Positions 61,909 through 64,000 of a stretch of 64,000 nucleotides of DNA are shown one piece after another. The stretch covers positions 297,089,749 through 297,153,748 of the forward strand of contig NC_085842.1 of NCBI RefSeq assembly GCF_035594765.1. The letters are read 5' to 3'. The position numbers and the translations under genes were made by a program. How positions within the stretch are numbered: position 1 is the stretch's first letter; every line of letters starts with the position of its first letter. The notes beneath the pieces were generated by a model, which had not been told where the DNA came from, searched no databases, and worked only from the letters and a program-made list of their open reading frames with translations. Source of the stretch: Anolis carolinensis (lineage: Eukaryota).

Positions 61909-62730
61909 AGAATGTGTAAGCATTTGGCAACTCTTTAGGAAATGCATATATTTTGAGTGAATGTATCGCATTCCCTAATTCAAGAATGGGCAGCTTTGGT
62001 GGTTCCTGGGGCCAGTTTTTTGCCTGCGGAATCCTGAAGATGGGATAAGAGTCACATAGACTGCCAAAAAAGGCCCCCAAATGGGAGAAACAGAAGACAA
62101 ACCCAAAAGTGGCCAGGAGTCAATTTCTGCTTTTCGAAAAATTAGGTAGTTTTTACAATGTTAAACACTGGAGAGGGGGTGGTGCAATCTATTTAAAAGG
62201 CAAATCGCTGTTCCTGGAAGCTTCTAGGTTATACAGTTTATGCATACCGTTGGGGATAGAAAGTTACCATTAAGTTATGTCAGATTGTATGGTTTGGGCG
62301 TTGTCCTAAATTTAGTCATAGAATTGGTACAGCCACAGCCCTTACCATTGACTGATAACCCGAAAAGCCCAAACTGTGCAGTACAACAAATCTTGAAACA
62401 AATTTAGGCCTATTTTAGCCTTTGTGCCCAAATAGGACATTTTGATGTGAGTAGAGGGTGCAGAACAATCAACAGTGGCCCCACACTAATACCTCTATAC
62501 ATTTCATCTTCGCTTTTCATACTTGCCCTTTCTTTGTTGAGTGGGACATCTAAAGAAGACTTTTATTTACACGAAGATTCTTGCCAGACTTACCTTTTTG
62601 GCCTGAAACTCCAAGAATGTGTCTAGAGAGACAGTACTAAAGGGGTCATGTTGACTATGGCATTCTGGGAACTACAGTTCCTAAAACCAACTTTTCCAAA
62701 CTTTGGTTATGTTCTGACTAACCCTATACT

Positions 62731-63482
62731 AGAATCATAGAATCATAGAATCATAGAATAGTAGAGTTGGAAGAGACCACATGGGCCATCTAGTCCAACC
62801 CCCTGCTAAGAAGCAGGAAATCGCATTCAAAGCACCACCGACAGATGGCCATCCAGCCTCTGCTTAAAAGCCTCCAAGGAAGGAGCCTCCACCACGGCCC
62901 CGGGGAGAGAGTTCCACTGTCGAACAGCTCTCACAGTGAGGAAGTTCTTCCTGATGTTCAGGTGGAATCTCCTTTCCTGTAGTTTGAAACCATTGTTCCG
63001 TGTCCTAGTCTGCAGGGCAGCAGAAAACAAGCTTGCTCCCTCTTCCCTATGACTTCCCTTCACATATTTGTACATGGCTATCATGTCTCCTCTCAGCCTT
63101 CTCTTCTGAAGGCTAAACATGCCCAGCTCTTTAAGCCGCTCCTCATAGGGCTTGTTCTCCAGACCCTTAATCATTTTAGTCGCCCTCCTCTGGACGCTTT
63201 CCAGCTTGTCAACATCTCCCTTCAACTGTGGTGCCCAAAATTGGACACAGTATTCCAGGTGTGGTCTGACCAAGGCAGAATAGAGGGGGAGCATAACTTC
63301 CCTGGATCTAGATGCTATTCCCCTATTGATGCAGGCCAGAATCCCATTGGCTTTTTTAGCAGCCGCATCACATTGTTGGCTCATGTTTAACTTGTTGTCC
63401 ATGAGGACTCCAAGGTCTTTTTCGCACACACTGCTGTCAAGCCAGGCGTCCCCCATTCTGTATCTTTGATTTCCATTTTTTC
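62731..63482 (-). mobile_element. Young CR1 LINE, 5'-truncated
   Basis: ORF 62827..63546(-) with uninterrupted CR1 ORF2 C-terminus (EKDLGV, LNMSQQC, LYSALVRPHLEYCVQFWAP, LESVQRRATKMI, WNSLP); (ATTCTATG)n tail; short possible TSD TACTAG. Confidence 0.95.
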
Positions 63483-63640
63483 TACTAGTACTTGCTGCTT
63501 TGCATACTGTGCCTTCTATGTATATTTTAAGCTTAGAGAGTTCCATGAATAATTATGCAATTTTTGACTCAAAACACTGTATGTGTAGAAGCTTTTATTA
63601 CTTCTTCAATGAACTGAGAGTGTATGCACATGTTTCTATG

Positions 63641-63641
<1 letters not shown>

Positions 63642-63678
<37 letters not shown>
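63642..63678. repeat. (TA)n microsatellite
   Basis: Pure TA run. Confidence 0.95.
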
Positions 63679-63680
<2 letters not shown>

Positions 63681-64000
63681 TAAAAACATAATTATATCAG
63701 TAATGTTACATCATATCTCAAACTGTAATTCTGCATGCTTTCAAAAAGATGAGGATGTTTATTTTCTCTGCAAATAATGGAGAAGTTGCTAATCTCTACC
63801 ATGTCATTTTGACCTTTGCACAGTTGGAAGACAAAAGCTAAAACAAACAAAGCTGTGATTATTTTGACAGCTATTTGTCTAAGTCAATGAGCAAGAAACC
63901 TATTATTCTCTTGAGCACTTGAAGTGGATGCCATAGGACAGTTGCTACTTTAAACATTAAAGTTTCCCCCCCATGTTTTTATCACAAAGTGTAAGGCTTG

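Overview
Vertebrate genomic DNA, almost certainly a squamate (Anolis-like lizard), judged from Sauria SINE, Anolis-type SINE2, BovB, CR1, Penelope and MITE content. Two intact intron-containing genes lie in tandem on the + strand, both with GT-AG sites and consistent splice phases. ESM1 (endocan) has 3 coding exons, 3297-9910, 185 aa. A CSPG4/NG2 paralogue, most likely CSPG4B by synteny with ESM1, has 10 coding exons, 32512-61908, 2391 aa, ending in the PDZ ligand QYWV. Most interesting additional signals: a COA6 retrocopy lacking one conserved Cys inside CSPG4B intron 9; two canonical RFX X-boxes in the CSPG4B CpG island; a cluster of ZNF143/THAP11-like motifs at that promoter; a FOX:ETS-rich candidate endothelial enhancer between the genes; minimal hammerhead ribozyme relics in Penelope fragments; and a 5S rRNA-headed SINE family. 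There is a 149-N assembly gap flanked by an inverted repeat. I cannot demonstrate a wholly new biological system from sequence alone; the regulatory and read-through ideas are hypotheses. Comparisons to human/rat proteins and repeat consensuses are from memory, not computed alignments.
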